Notes: generated by a model from the letters alone, not told the origin. 64,000 bases of DNA from Klebsormidium nitens (GCA_000708835.1 DF237348.1:21639-85638), one strand, 5' to 3'; counted from the stretch's first letter, positions 26,295 to 40,333 are shown. Numbers and translations: made by a program.

Positions 26295-27586
26295 ATGCTC
26301 TCTAATCTGCTGCGACGGCCTTTTGCTGCGGCTGCTGCCACCGTGCGGCGCACGCGGGGTCTTGAGGAGTTTTTTGAAGGGGGGCCTCTTAAGAAGGACG
26401 AGCCGCTGGTGGTTGGGAGGGAATGGAAGGTGAGCCTCGTGGGAGATACTCGAATTTGAAGCTGGTTCTTAGTAGATTTCAAGGCAAGCACCTTTCTTAG
26501 ATACAAAGGTGGTCACAACGCTCTGCCCTTCTAACATATCCAAAGTGATTGTGAGATGTGGGCAAAAGGGTTGGTGTACCACCTGGTGGCGAATGCAGAA
26601 GTGAAGCGCTTGCCACTTGACAGCTTGAGCGTGGCTCGTCAAAATGGCCTTCAGAAGCTTACGATGCAAAGAGTGGTGCAAGCCTGTGATGCAACAAGCG
26701 GTGGTGGCTCGAGAGGTGGCTATAGTTCTTGTTGCTTAATGGTTTAGCCAAAGTGGCGTGATGCTATGCATCCGATCTGCACACTGGACAGATTGCCCAG
26801 CATTGAAAATTGTAAGATTGAAAGCGTGCACTTTTCTGCTTGGACAATCGTTTCGTGGTTAAAAGTACACTCAGAAGCTGAAAGAGTTGATACTCAATTT
26901 TGATGTCAGGCACCTTAAGTTCCGCAATGGTTTAACAGGGCAAAAGATTGCTGATTGGGTACTGCCCTCAGCATGATTCTTGTTGCTTCTTATTCTGTTT
27001 CTTCTCTGATTTTACCTTTTGACATGTCTACGGCGAAGTCAGGGCAGCTCCAGGCATCTGCGGCTCACTTTGAGAAGCTATCAATGAGCACCGATGGACG
27101 ATGAACACTGTTCAGCATCTGGCTTTTGCAGGCCAGCGATTTGCGGCTAAAGTCGTTTGACGACCTTCACAAGCTGTGGTATGTGTTGCTTAAGGAGCGG
27201 AACATGCTGGCAACACAGAAGGAAATCCATCGAAAGGCCGGCTATGTCATGCCCCGCTTGGACCGGATACCGAAGGTGGGTAAAGGGGCATCCTTGCTTA
27301 TTGCGCTGTCATGGTGTTCTTTGTTTTAGATCCATGTATGATCAGGGGGCGAAAGCCTTTTCTTTCTAATATTACATGATGGGGAGAACGTACAATTTCA
27401 GTACAGGATTGCAGTACGGACTTTTCATTCTTGTGACTCAAGGGCAGATCTATCAATGGAATTGTTTAATGAATGCAGGTGCGGAAGGCCATGTGTCGAA
27501 TAAAACACGTTCTTACTGAGAGAGCACTCGCCGAATCTGACGTCCAAAAACGGGCTGTAGCAAAGAAAGTAATTAACGACATGTGA
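26295..27586 (+). CDS. MRPL47: Mitochondrial ribosomal protein uL29m (L47), 3 exons
   Basis: MLSNLLRR...GLEEFF...VGREWK/ASDLRLKSFDDLHKLWYVLLKERNML...RIPK/VRKAMCRIKHVLTER...INDM*. Introns are GT-AG. Confidence 0.93.
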
Positions 27587-28622
27587 AATGGGACGCTGAT
27601 TCCAGCGCATATTACTCTGTAGAATACAATGGACAGTGAAGCCTCCAGATCTGACCATCTTGCCATCAGGTTTAGATCATCATGGTAGGAATGACACACC
27701 AGGTTTGGTGCCAGCCAATCAGAATCGGTTGAGTTACGTTTGCAATTGAAGGTCCACTTGCACATGTGCCATGCAGCAGACTGAGTAAGATATTGTGCTA
27801 CTATATGGTATGACTTTGAATGATTGCAATGATCCGAAGACTTTGGATGCAATTGAACTAGCGATGAAATACATCAATGGCGCGTTTATGCATGGTTGTT
27901 TGGCATGAGTAACAATGAATGCACGCAGACTGCGCAATGTGTATAGGACTCATATGAAAATAGCATCATGGTTGTTTTTCGGAATAAACGCGTGCGCATA
28001 TGCAATCGATCCTGGCACACTTGGGAGAGAATTCTCACTCAGCCAGCTGCAACTGACGGCCATCTGGTCTGTGGCCCTGCATAGCATAATCTAGTACCTA
28101 ATAGAGCTTCCATAATAGGTGGCTAGCGTATGTAAAATCTACACTCGCTGATGTCGTGCAAGCAAGTTGCAACTCTCTGCTAACGACGAGACGTAGCGGG
28201 TGCGTCTTGGTGCAGCCACATGTGCAGTGGCACCACGCCTATGGTTTGAGATCAACAACAACTGCGTGCCGCCAACGAGTGCGCTGGATTCCTTCTTTAT
28301 ACTGTCCCCTATCCAAATGAACTGGATGTATGTCTAGTTTTCAAGCTCGTTTGCACAGTTTCAAAGCAACTTAATCCGACTTCAAAGCAACTGATCTAGT
28401 AACTTAAGAAACCATCAAATGTTTAGAACGTATCAATGTCACCTTCCATTGGAGTGTTATGTACTCGCCTGAAAGTGGAGACCCATCGTAATGATCCCAA
28501 TATACAAACCCTCTATATGGTTACAGTCCAAGCCAGCATTTTTGCTGCTTGTCAATGTCAAGCTAGTCATATCAGCCCTCCGATTAACGGACGCAGTAGA
28601 ACTGACTCAAAGCAAGGGGCCC

Positions 28623-30588
28623 TCATAAGTAGGTCTTCACTTTTGCAGCTTCGCCGATTTTCCGGAGAGCCAGAACAAGTTCAGACATCCCGGCTAGGAG
28701 CTCAACCTGCTGTCGCCATGTCAAAACACCCAAGACCTTCTTCACCGTCGTTAACCTCAATTCGTCTCCCTGATGAACCAGTTGCTTCAGCGAAACTAAC
28801 CTCTCGTGCATTGCAGCCTTGATGCTCACAGAGAAAGCATCTGGGTCTGCTTTGGAAGGGTCAGCCAGGCCGGGAAGGGGCAGGTCGGCAAGATTCATTT
28901 GCAGTGATGCAGACTCGTCACTCAAGTCATCTTCAATCTGCAAGAAAATTCCACAATTTAGCAGCCTACTACCCATGTTGTAATTGTCTGGGTTACACAG
29001 CGTGCCTTCACCAACCTGAGCTGTGCGCTCTAACACTTCTCTCCCTCACCAATGCCTAACCCCACGAGTTGCTCAAGTTCTCCTAGGTTGCAACTCGCAG
29101 CTCACTGAAACTGAAAACTCCACACTTTGGATTTCAGATGGTTAACAGCAAATCTGACATTCTCAGATTGGATTGGATTGGCATCCCAGCGTGAACCATG
29201 ATGTGCGTACAAGCAATCAGTGCTGACGGATGACAAACTGTGCACGATTAGCAACAGACGAGCTGATGCAAACTGCTGGTCATCAAACCCTAGGGACAGC
29301 AAAAAAATCTTAACAGATCGACGCCCCAGGATCGAACAAAACCTACCAAGCTTGACTCCGAACTCCAAGCGCTATCCAACTTCAGGTAGCAACTAAAAAT
29401 TGAGCCTTCTTCCAAGGAGCGCCGCAACTCTGAACATCCCGGCCAAAACCGAAACCACTCACTTTTGTAGTCGCGAGCTGCATACTCGACAGCTCTTCCA
29501 GTTGCTTCCCTGTCAGGCTGGCCATTGGGGGGAACGCCCCCCCGCTTAAAAGCAGGCCCAAGCTGTTCTCAATTTGGGACCCAACCATATGATAGATCAG
29601 CTGGAAGAGAGTGGTCGGCCGCAGGCCCCCGTTCCAAAGAAACGACACCTCTAAAGGCGTCCTCCAGAGGCCCGCCATTACCTGCAAAAACACATGCCAG
29701 GAACAAGTGGGTGGGAGTCTCAAACTATGCAATGCCTGCATATTTTGTATTTAAAGCCTGGCAACATTCTGCAAAAGTGGCTCTGTCAAAGGGTCACAAA
29801 AAGCAACACCCCCCTTCGATGATGTCACCCGTTGCCGAATAGTTTAGTCATGGAGAACGCAGATCTTGGAATTTACCCACTTTGCTCCTGAAGCGCACCG
29901 CTGCCCTATACTGTCACTCTTCTGACATCAGGAATTGCTAAAACAGTCAACCTTGATTCAAGGAACTCACATGGAGGACATCTGCGTCTACCGCCCGACA
30001 CTTCTCCGCAAACAGGTCTACAACTGCACGGAGGCTCTCTTCCACAAGCTCTTTACACTGTTCCGCGCCCGCGTCGTCACTGATCGCTTTCTTCAGCTTC
30101 TCCAACCTCATCCTGTACTCATGAAACCAGGTGTCTGCATACTTGTCAAAATGTGCAATTATCTCAGCAGAGCCCTGTTTTGTCAAACCCTCGGGGTTTG
30201 AAGCTTGCCAATCTTGGCTTGTGGACGACTCCTCTGCCCTACCCCCCCTCAAGCTAGGAACACGTTGCACTTCCATGGGTGCCGCAGACTCCTGCTCCTC
30301 CTCCATTGGCGAGTCCGTTGCCGCTTTATTAAAATCCTCCCCACCAGCCTCCCGTCGCTCAGTGCTGGAAACAGTGTCGTCGTTCCCTGCACCACCTTCA
30401 TGTCCGTGCCCAATCATCTTCAGCTCCATTGAACCTGCTCGTGACTCTTCGTCATCAGAAAGCCCACCCTGAGCCTTCCGTTTGACCATTGAGGAGCCGC
30501 CCTCTGCCAAAATGCCTGGAAGCTCAGCTCGCATCGCCGCAATGGCAGCAAGAAACGGATTTGCTTTCTCCTCAGCAGTGATCCTCAA
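28623..30588 (-). CDS. DOG1-domain protein (DOG1-like, no bZIP visible); 3 exons seen, true start uncertain
   Basis: FDKYADTWFHEYRMRLEKLKKAI...ADVLH/VMAGLWRTPLEVSFLWNGGLRPTTL...LTGKQL.../IEDDLSDESASLQMNLAD...LVHQGDELRLTTVKKVLGVLTWRQQVELL matches the DOG1/TGA C-terminal domain pattern. Exon joins are at 29971/29681 and 29463/28937. Confidence 0.82.
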
Positions 30589-30719
30589 AAAGGTAGATCT
30601 GTATCAGCTTTTGCGCGTGCTTATCCGCCCCATATGTGGCAGTGTGAAGACGACGCTGCGAGTTTCCATTATGTTTCAAGGGTTGACATTTACATGAGCA
30701 AGGACCCCCTTACGAGCTA

Positions 30720-30993
30720 CCGTAGTGGCACGACCCATTCGCGACCCCTCTCTGCGAACATTATTTTTTTCACTTATTTTTTTTCACACCAAGCTCAAGA
30801 GGATTTATTTCATTTCGTACCAGCAATATAACCCTACAGAATCAGGTGATTAACCACCCAAAACAGACGTAACCAATCAACTAACCCGGATCTTTTAGTT
30901 TCGCAGTTTCACACAAGCTGTTCAGAATTAATTATTTTTTTCACACAAGCCCAAAATAATTAATTTCAGGGTGAATGGGTCGTGCCACTACGG
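30720..30993. mobile_element. Tc1/mariner-type MITE, 274 bp, 21-bp perfect TIRs, TA target duplication
   Basis: TA-CCGTAGTGGCACGACCCATTC (30720-30740) ... GAATGGGTCGTGCCACTACGG-TA (30973-30993), with an AT-rich non-coding interior. Confidence 0.88.
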
Positions 30994-31464
30994 TAAACTG
31001 GTTCTTGAGACGTCATCCTGGGACGGCGCGAGCGGTGCTCATTATTGAGCGCGTCACCTTTTATCCAATCATTTGGCCCAAAAGAGCATCTGAGTGCCCC
31101 GTGTTCACGCACCGGCCACTCACGCAAAACTTCAGTCCTGAAATCCTTTCTCAGGGCAGACTGGTTGAAGGCAGACTACGCTCGGGGAGGAGCCACGGGT
31201 TGACAATCATATCGGATTCGACGATACGGGGAGCCTGGAACCTATTCACACTGAGTTGTGATCAAGAAAAGCTGAGCCGCAAGTCAAGCGAAGCATCTCA
31301 CGTGGTCACCATCCTTTTCACTTTTGACTTGGAACTTGCAGCGTGCACATTTGCCTGAGCCAGGTGGGTCCTGTCTTCCCACTGGCAATCGCCACACAAA
31401 AAGGAGACAGGTAAAGGACCATCTGCAGGAGTTTTGTTTCGGGTGCGTTCAGACGTCAGCAGCA

Positions 31465-34400
31465 ATGTCGCTGCGTGTGACGTCGCCGGCCTTGAGTACT
31501 AGGAGCTGTGGGGGATGGCAGAGCAGCACGTTCGGCGATTCTGCAAGTTGTATTGAAGCCAAAAATGTCTGCCTGGTACCGAGTTTCACCAAGCGACTAG
31601 CAGGCAGTTTCACAGGAACAGAGAAAGCTCAAAGGTTCGCTGCGCGGACATATTCAGGACCCTTAAGGACCATTGCAGCAGTAGCAGATGCGGCAGCTGA
31701 CGGTATGTCCTCCGATTTAAGCTTGGTATATTCACCATTTGACCTTGCGGCATTGCCCAAAACCGCTCAAGTCCTGTACGTCTAAATTTTTTGCTTCAAG
31801 GAGGTTCCAATCTTTATTCTGGGCCGTATCAATCCTGCCTGAATCGTTTCTTGATATGATGAAGGCCTCACATCATTTTCAAGCCGCTTGTTCACATCTA
31901 GGATTGTCCAATAGTTGCGCAAGGAAACCACTTTGTGCGCCATCGCATGGTAATGGTGAAGGGTTTTGTGTGTTTCTTAAATGCAGTATAAGGTGTTTCA
32001 CGCCCTCAACTTTTATTGTTAGTATTTGATGAAGCAAAACGTGGAAGAGGAAGTGCATTGCTAAGCGCTGTTTCCCGTGTAGATTGGATTCTAAACCTGA
32101 CCGCATCAGCATATGGAATATGTAGGCATGGCCTTTTGAACGCCATCCGCCTGCGCAAGATAATATATGAGAGGGTGCTCGGGGCAAGGAACACCTCACA
32201 TATCAGAATTTCTTGCCGGAAGTGGGAAGTATTGAAACCCTGATGCCCGTTATAGCAAGTGATGCTCAGTACGATGAAGCAGCATTTGGGAAAGTGCGAT
32301 GGATTGGTGGTGGAAATTGACGCCCTCTTTAGAGTCGCGGCTTCAGTTCGGGAATTCTTGAGCATTAAGGATTTGAGTGGGGCCTGGTAAGCCTAACCTG
32401 TCAGCATCTTACTTGTGAGCTGCTTCTGGAACTCAGAACTGTCAAGAGTGATAGTCAAGCAATCAAGAAACAGAGCAATGACAGTCTTCGCTTTTTCAAA
32501 TTCAGCTCCTGCCAAGCAGCGGAGCTGGCGAGAGAAAGCACGACCGATCCAGCCAGGCAGCGCGTACCCAGCGAAAGAGCACTGCAGGTAAGCCGCCATC
32601 GTTGGTGCATAACTGCAAGTCTTTGTTCATCACAATTGTGTTCAGTTCCATTGGGCCTGGAAGATTCCTGCAGTATGGTACTCGTCTCCATCTCAATCCA
32701 TCGTGACTGCTCCAGATCGGTCCATAAAGCTCAATTGCAGCACTTGCCTTTCACATCTCTAGTTGGAAGTCCTGTTCATGAGATATACCAGCGCAATTTC
32801 CTGTCTTTTACCTTTCATAGCTGTTGCCAACCAGGCTGCAGCTGCATATTCAGAGTCTGCACAATCAAGATCGCACCTCATATTGTTTCCCCTGAGCCAC
32901 AACACTCTGTTTTATGTGTCCCTTTTCAGCAATTGTGGCCTGTGCGACACCTACTACGTAGCACACGTGAAGGACGCGTGTGCTTTTCTGGGGGACGGCA
33001 TGTCCAGGGTCGAGGTATGGGTATCTCCTAGTCCATTTCTGTATCAAGTTGACCAAGCTTTCGCAGTTAAAACAGCACCTGGTGCCGGATCACTCCTTGA
33101 TCTTAAAAATCGATGCTACGATGGCGTGCAAAGCCGCAGCATTTGTTGTATGTTTTCCGTCCGCTTCCAATGGTCATGCACGGATGGATCAAGGACCCCT
33201 GGTCAGAATCGCAAGTTAACCTCGGTTATCCCAAACCCTGTCGCAGGATCTTGAGCCACGGGTACACGGACGGGGTCGGGACCCAGACTCGCTGGACGAC
33301 GCTCACTTTGGAGTGCACAAAGAGATGCTGTATGCCAAGAAGACGAACCCAATTGAAGGAGCGCAGTGGACTGGAATTGTAACTGGCATTGCAATGGAGA
33401 TGCTGCGGTCGGGCAAAGTGGACGCGGTCGTGTGCGTGCAAAGGTGAGCTTGGTGGCAACGCAGGCGACGCCGCAGCGAGTTCTACGTGTTCTGAAGTGC
33501 CCTGCGTGTTCTGAAGTGCTCTCAAAGAAGTAGTTCGAGATCGACTAGGAGTTGGTGCGGTCATTGGACAGGGTTGGTATCCAAAGACCGTTTGACATCC
33601 AAGTTGAACGGGTGATCTCAGTCGTCATATCAATCGTAGCCTTCTTGCAGGGAACGTTTGATGAAAGGCAGAGTCCGTGTTGTCCAATTACCAACGAACT
33701 TCTTACAACGTTTGCATCAATATTGACGAGCGTTGTGATCTGATTGTGAATGGAGTCGTCCATTGCTCGCAGCGATCCTGAAGACCGGTTCAAACCAAAG
33801 CCGGTGCTAGCCCGTACACCTGAGGAGGTTCTGGCTGCGAGGGGCGTCAAGCCAACGCTGTCACCAAACCTGAACGTGCTAGCTCTTGTAGAGGTGCGTG
33901 GTCGGATGAAAAAACCCTTCGCACGATACGATTTGTCAGAGGAAGCTAGAGCAATCAAACAGAGTCCGTTGACTCTGGTTTTAGGAAACCAATAGAAAGA
34001 GACGTCACTGGTTTTGCCGCTGACGGTTTAGAAACAAGTCGAGAGTCCTTGCTTATTGACAATATGAAGTTCCTTGAAAAGGTGCAATTGCTTCAGGTAA
34101 TTTGGTCACCTTTTTCGGGCCATGATGGAGTTTCTCAATAAGGATAGGTGCCTTCAAGAACGGGCCTCTTGTGAGCACTAAGGCCGTGTGCAGCACTAAG
34201 GCCGTCAAGTAAAAATGTTGAAATGGGAATGCTTTCGTCTTTGCAGGCAGCAGGTGTAAAACGGCTGCTGTTCTGTGGAGTCGGCTGTCAAGTACAAGGT
34301 ACGTGGGCGCCTTGCTCGTAGAAAAGTTTCTCAGTCCCAAGCGCTTTTGCGCACCTTTCACTTCAGCTCGGAAGGTTGACCGGAGTCAAAGAGGTGTGAG

Positions 34401-37400
34401 ATTCGATCTTGCCAGTTTGCGCATTGATGTCGTTTCGAGAAGCTCACAGTTTGACAAGGATAATGACCCTTGCGTGGTTGAAGGGGACCCATCGAACGGC
34501 TTAAGATCGTGGTTCAGATAACAGATCTACTGTCTGCCGGGCTTTGGGTTTCAAGCAAAGCCTTTGATATCGGACCCTCGCCTCGTTTCTTCGCCCCGAT
34601 GTCCACTGCATAAAACTCGCTGGTGCCAGAGCTCGTAGAAAAGAAGGACTAATTTGAATAAACCGTTTTTTTGTATTTTCTTTATATAAAAAATTGATCT
34701 TGAGCCGTTTCTTTAGGACAACTGCTACGCAAAGAACGGGCGTAAAAGGAGTGGGTTTGAAAGGTGCGTAGTCCCTCATTCAAGCCGCTTTTTACGGCGA
34801 GTGACATTCTAATCCAATGCTGGCCCCTTCCTTGCAGCGCTGCGCTCGGTGGAGCAACATCTGGGACTGGAGAAGCTCTACGTTCTGGGGACCAACTGTG
34901 GTAAGTCACTGACCATCAGTTGTACTGGTCTGCACAACTTTCCTCTGGTACTCACAGATTTGACATGGAGCAATTAGAGTGCTGCGGTCGAGAGACACAT
35001 TGATTCGTCAGGTTTTATAGGAGCAAAGTACAAATCTTCTGTCGTGGCCGTCATGGTTGTTTCTTGATGTTTCGACCTCAGCAACTTTCTACCGCCGCGC
35101 TCGATGGCACTTGACTAAAGCGAACCTTATGCCCCGCACTGGACCCCTGTCCTTGGATGCGCCAGGAGAAACCGGGTTTGTGTGCGGCGAGCGACTCAGC
35201 AATAGAAGAGTGGACCACTAGGTTTTTTCGGATACGTACAGATGGCCTTCCCCCACTTGCAGTGACGGCGGACATGTGAACAGCTTAGCTTCTCGCAGTG
35301 AAAACTGGTCACTGAACAGGGCTGGAGAAGTTTCTGCCCGCTGCGAGCGACTCAAGGTTCGAAAATAGACGTTTCTGACTACGCCTTTCTCTTTCCCGCG
35401 AGTAGAGTCTCTCAAACCTGGCTTGTTCCTCGCAGTGGACAACGGTCCCCGCGCAGGGCTGGAGAAGTTTTTGAACGCCGCGAGCGACGAGCCGGAGACG
35501 GTGCTGCACTACGAGTTCATGCAGGACTACAAGGTGCACTTGAAGCACCTCGACGGGCGCAACGAGGAGGTACGGTCGTCGTCGCTTTCCGCCTGCTTGA
35601 TCCGTCCCACTAAGCAAGACTCATGCTTAGATTTTGACGTTTATTCGGCCCCTATCCAGAAGTTGTAGCTGGTCGAGGGCTTTCTGTCCTTTGCAGGAAC
35701 GGCATAAAATAGAATCTGAAAGTGTTTCTCCTTGCTGCCGCGGAGTCTTCCGTTGTAGGGTGCCCTTGCGGCCATGACTCCCATACCTCTATACCTTAGC
35801 AGAGCTCCTGCGGGATTGGCGCGTTATATGGATTACGAGCATTTGCGCAATCTCAAAAACGAACACTTGATCTGCGCATTCCTTTTCATCAAGGAAGCGT
35901 TTTCGCTCGGAAACTTGCGCCCAAGCCAGTCTCTCATCCAACCTCTAATACTGCCGCTGCAGGTGCCGTACTTCTGTCTGCCAGCGGACGACTTAAAGGA
36001 CGTTATCGCCCCCTCCTGTTACACGTAAGCGTCAGGTGGCCCGTTGTCTCTGGGAACCTGCCCTTCTTACAACACTGCTTGCAAGCTCGTGATGGGCTCG
36101 AGGGCTGTTATGGTGTCGGAGTGGAGGTCAGCCTTTTAGAAAGGGACGCAGCTCTTGCGGGGGGTCCCTGAGGATATCAAACCCTCAGGACGCAGGAATG
36201 TTGACGTGGCTGGCTTACCATGTAGATATCCAATCACTCCGTCGAAAGATATGCAAATTGTTGTTGATAGTCGGCTGCCTCGCATGAGGCTCCAGGTTCG
36301 AGAGTTTCGGCGGGGCGATTGCGGGGCCGAATTGGAAGCATCTGACTCGTTCTTCGAATCGCTTTCAGGTGCTTCGACTACACAAACGGACTAGCGGTAA
36401 GCAGCTCGGCTCTGCACTGATGTTTTTTTGTGATGATGTCTTTTTGTGACGAGAGTGTGTGGTTTTGTGGATGAAATACTCTTACGTCGCTTGTCGGCAG
36501 CGACGAAAGCCAGCATCGACTGAAAAGGGCTTGTGCATCCAACAAGATGTTGCTCATTTGCTCCTTGCTGTTTTGGCTCTGTCTCAAATAGGCAGAGGGC
36601 CGATGCAGTCAAGGCGGTAAGGCAAGTAAGGGAGTGCTGAAGTCCAGTCGACACTCGGATTGTTGCTCAGCTCCACTAGTACTTAGGACATAGCCAGTCC
36701 CGTGTTGAAATCCAAGTTCCGGACTGTCGATTTTCTGCGGGTTTTGATAGGAGACGCTGGCTTTGATATGGTGGTGGCCCGTCCAAGCGAACCCTCCGCT
36801 TGCACCTATCGCGAAAACGGTTAGAGCACCTAGTTGCTGAGGTCAGCGGCTCTCTTCCCCGGTGCAGGATCTGGTGGTCGGGTATATGGGCGTGCCCAAG
36901 TCGGAGGGAGTCCCCATGACACGGCACCCACAATACGTCACCGTAAGGTGAGGCCTCTTTCAGTCATGATCGCATCCCATCTCACGTTCATCTGCGGAAG
37001 TGTCACTGGTTTGCTGCTCCGGCCTTGTGCACGCTTCAAGGCACCGTGCATTTCCGAGACGTGCTTTCAGTACGAAAAACGCCTTCAAGTACCGTTAGAG
37101 ACGGTTCGGGTTGCCCTGTTATCACTTCCCGGACAAAGTAAAGTTCAGAAGCACCCACCAACTCTTCCAGAACAGTGTCACCCGCCTCTCTGGCTCTGTC
37201 GGTTGCCTACTGGTTTTGTTGCACCAGTCAAATCTGCACCATAAGCATTCTGTGTTCTCCGGATAGTGCTCAGCTCTCGGTCTCTTTCTACTTCGCAGGA
37301 ATGACCGGGGGGCGGAGATGCTGGACCTCGTTAGAAATCAGCTGGAAATCACACCGACGGTCAGCTCGGTAAGCAGGCTTTTCCACCCCGTGCAACGGCC

Positions 37401-39352
37401 CCGTGAGTCTGATCACATTGAGGACAAAGACGTGAAAGTACAGATAAATGCTGGGGTTTTTTTCTGCACTGAAAGCGCTATTTGCTCGTGTCAGATCAAA
37501 CAAGAGTTCGAAGAACAACGTACGACGGCGTTTGGACGCTGACCTTTCCATGTGGACTCTAATGTCAGTCAGCCCTCTGACCCATCCGTACCTACATTGC
37601 TCAAAGCTTGTACTGCCGGCAGCAAGCTCACGATGACCTTCGCTTTAGGTTCCGCGTCGACCGAAAACTGCTTGGCTCGCCAGCTTCGCATCTCCGGTCC
37701 GCGTACAGCTTTGGACAGTACCGCTCCAGCTAAAACTTGTACTAGGTCTGTACTTTTTTTACCACGTGATCCATTGAAGCGTTCTAATTGGTCGTCACGA
37801 CCGGAGACGAGCGCTAAGCCATTTCGGTCGACGCGGAACCTTACGGGGTCAAAGGACGCTTCCTTGCAAGGAATCGTGCGGCTGGTGCGTATTACTAACG
37901 CAACCTGTGATTCCGCATGCAGGGTGACAGAAAGTCGTTCGTCCTAGAGACGGTCAAGGCAGACGACAAGGCCACGATCGGTAAGCCACCCCATTCTGCG
38001 GAGATTTGTACTCTCTGTTGAGGGGAGAATGTCAAGAAGTAAACCTGGTTCTTTGCCTCTTCGCCGACGGAAAGGTTCAGATTCGATTTCGTGATATTTC
38101 GTCGTGCACTCGGAGTGTCGTGTTCGTCGAGCTATATTCTCGGTCTGCTGGCGAAAAGCTCTGCGCCGTTTGCCTAGACACCGTCAGGCTGCCGTGTGCC
38201 CCTTGGAGACGGATTGCCGCAAGAACGTTCGGACTCCAGCAAAACGACGTCATCAACAGTCGTTTTTTATTGTTGCAGGCCTAGAAACAACAGTCCCGGC
38301 GCCTCTGTTTATCGGCAACGCCATCGCGTGGGTGCTAGACAAGATTGGACCCAAAGGTCTTGAGTTCGGACGCTACTCTATAGACTACCACTTCATCCGA
38401 AACTACTTATACGTAGTCCGGACCTGGGGTCCGAAAAGGTCCGTGTCGGCGTCTCTCATATTTTATATCATGCAGAGTTCCACAAATTCTACAGGCAAAA
38501 GGTTTTCAAATAAAGCAAAAGAAGTAGCAAAGAATAAGGAGATGGAAAGAAGCTTTGCGGGTAACTTCTTAAGTAAGGCTGGTAGCTTTCGGAGGCAGAA
38601 TGGCTTTCGTGGGTTGTTGCAGTGACCCTGTCTGACGCGTTTGCGGTCAGTGTGGCTGCACCCTTCCGTCAGTTACGCGCAGGCAGTGTGCGAGTCAAGG
38701 TGTCGTCTCGTGTTGTCGTCGAACATACACTCCTTCGTCTAGTTGCTTCTAAATAGTGTTTTCTGTGACTCTTTTCTGTTGTTTGGGAGTTCAAGCCAGT
38801 GGTGGCTTGCTATTCTGTCGTAGTAGCTGGCAGGACTTGTCAGCTTGAAGTGCGCTGCGCGATTGATTCTGGTCTGCGCAGTCTTCTTCATCAACGGCTC
38901 TCTTTGGCTCCCTTTGAGTTTCTCGCTCGGTTGCTCAGAAATGGCTAGCACCACTACAGTTACAGTCACTCTCGGATTTTTAAACCCCACGTTATCGTTG
39001 GACCTATTCAAAAGCCGAAACTGATTTTCTCCATCTTTTCTGTTGCAGGGCTGCGCAGCATATACCGGCCTACGCCCAACGGCTGGTTAACATGTACAAC
39101 AAGAAGGGCGAAATAGACCGCATTTTAGATGAAGGTGCCCTCGCTATGGAGTTCAAGAAGCAGATTGAGGGGAGGCCCAAGCGGGAGCCAAAAGCGATTT
39201 GGGAAAAGCTCTACGGGGTTCAAGAAGACTTTGGGTACACAGAGGATGGGGCGACGCGGCATCGAAACGAGCTATTGTCTCTTGCGCTAGCATACGGGGT
39301 TGTGACGCTCGTTTTGAAATACTTGTTTGACAGCGGATTCATTCATCCTTAG
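31465..39352 (+). CDS. HCAR: 7-hydroxymethyl chlorophyll a reductase, plastid, multi-exon
   Basis: A transit-peptide-like first exon, then YPAKEHCS/NCGLCDTYYVAHVKDACAFLGDG, GAQWTGIVTGIAMEML, RGVKPTLSPNLNVL, KRLLFCGVGCQVQ, YVLGTNC, VLHYEFMQDYKVHLKH, VPYFCLPADDL...PSCY/CFDYTNGLA/DLVVGYMGVP, and GPKGLEFGRYSIDYHFIRNYLYV. Confidence 0.96.
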
Positions 39353-40333
39353 TCAGTTCGCACTTTTGACTGGTTACCGTACCTCATAAGCGGACAGACC
39401 ACAGTGTATATAAGAGTTGACATAACAGGTTGTTCCCCAAAGATTTTTTAGGTAGTTCGTAGGTGACGCAGAGGCAAGCACCAAGTGGTTTCCAACGCAC
39501 TTTTGTATCGGAAGGTTGACCAATCGTGACCAATGATTTCTGTCCTAAGAGCAGGCGGCCCTACACCTCCGAAAAGGCAATCCGCGGTCTGAATCCAAAG
39601 TCTTTTGTCCAAAGCTTCGCTTCTTGGGAAGCTAGCAAATGAATGCGCATGGTTGACGAACTAGCAGTTTGTGTCAACGATTGATATGCAAATGAAGATC
39701 CAAGGACCGAGCCTGAGCATTAAACTAGCTCCGTGGGCTCAGTCCTTGCTGGTTGTGTTTGACATGCTGGATATACTGCCGCGAAATTCCGTTGGGAAGT
39801 CAGACTTCATCAAGAATCAGCACGTACGTATAGATGATACAAGAAAGCATGATCTACAGCAGCCGGGTAGTGCTGATGCATGTCGACAGGTTGCTAACCG
39901 CGCGGTTAAAACTTAAGATGATAAACCGTGGCGGTTACCGCGTACGTGGTTTCCACGTTCGGATATTCCAACTTTTTTGCCAGCGTGGCACTTGCAACCA
40001 ATAGGGTGCGCTTCCGAGATCTTGCCTTCACTTTGGCCAGCCACGTAAGCGTCGACGGAAGATTCACTTCGTTGCAGTCTGCACTTCAGTCTCGTCACCA
40101 GAGGGCAGGGCTCAACTTTCAAGCAAGAAGAAAGCGAAGGAAAAGCAACCTGAAGAGCATCAGGGCGCTCTTGGAACAATCGACGGCGGTTGAAACCATC
40201 TGACTACCTTGCATTCTCCTTACTCTCTTCGTGGTTGAGCGTCTTGTTTTTGAACAGGTTTCAGCGAAGCGCTTCGCTTTATAGCAGTTTTTTTGCTTCA
40301 ACAAGAAGCTTGCACGCGTTCAATAATAAGAAA

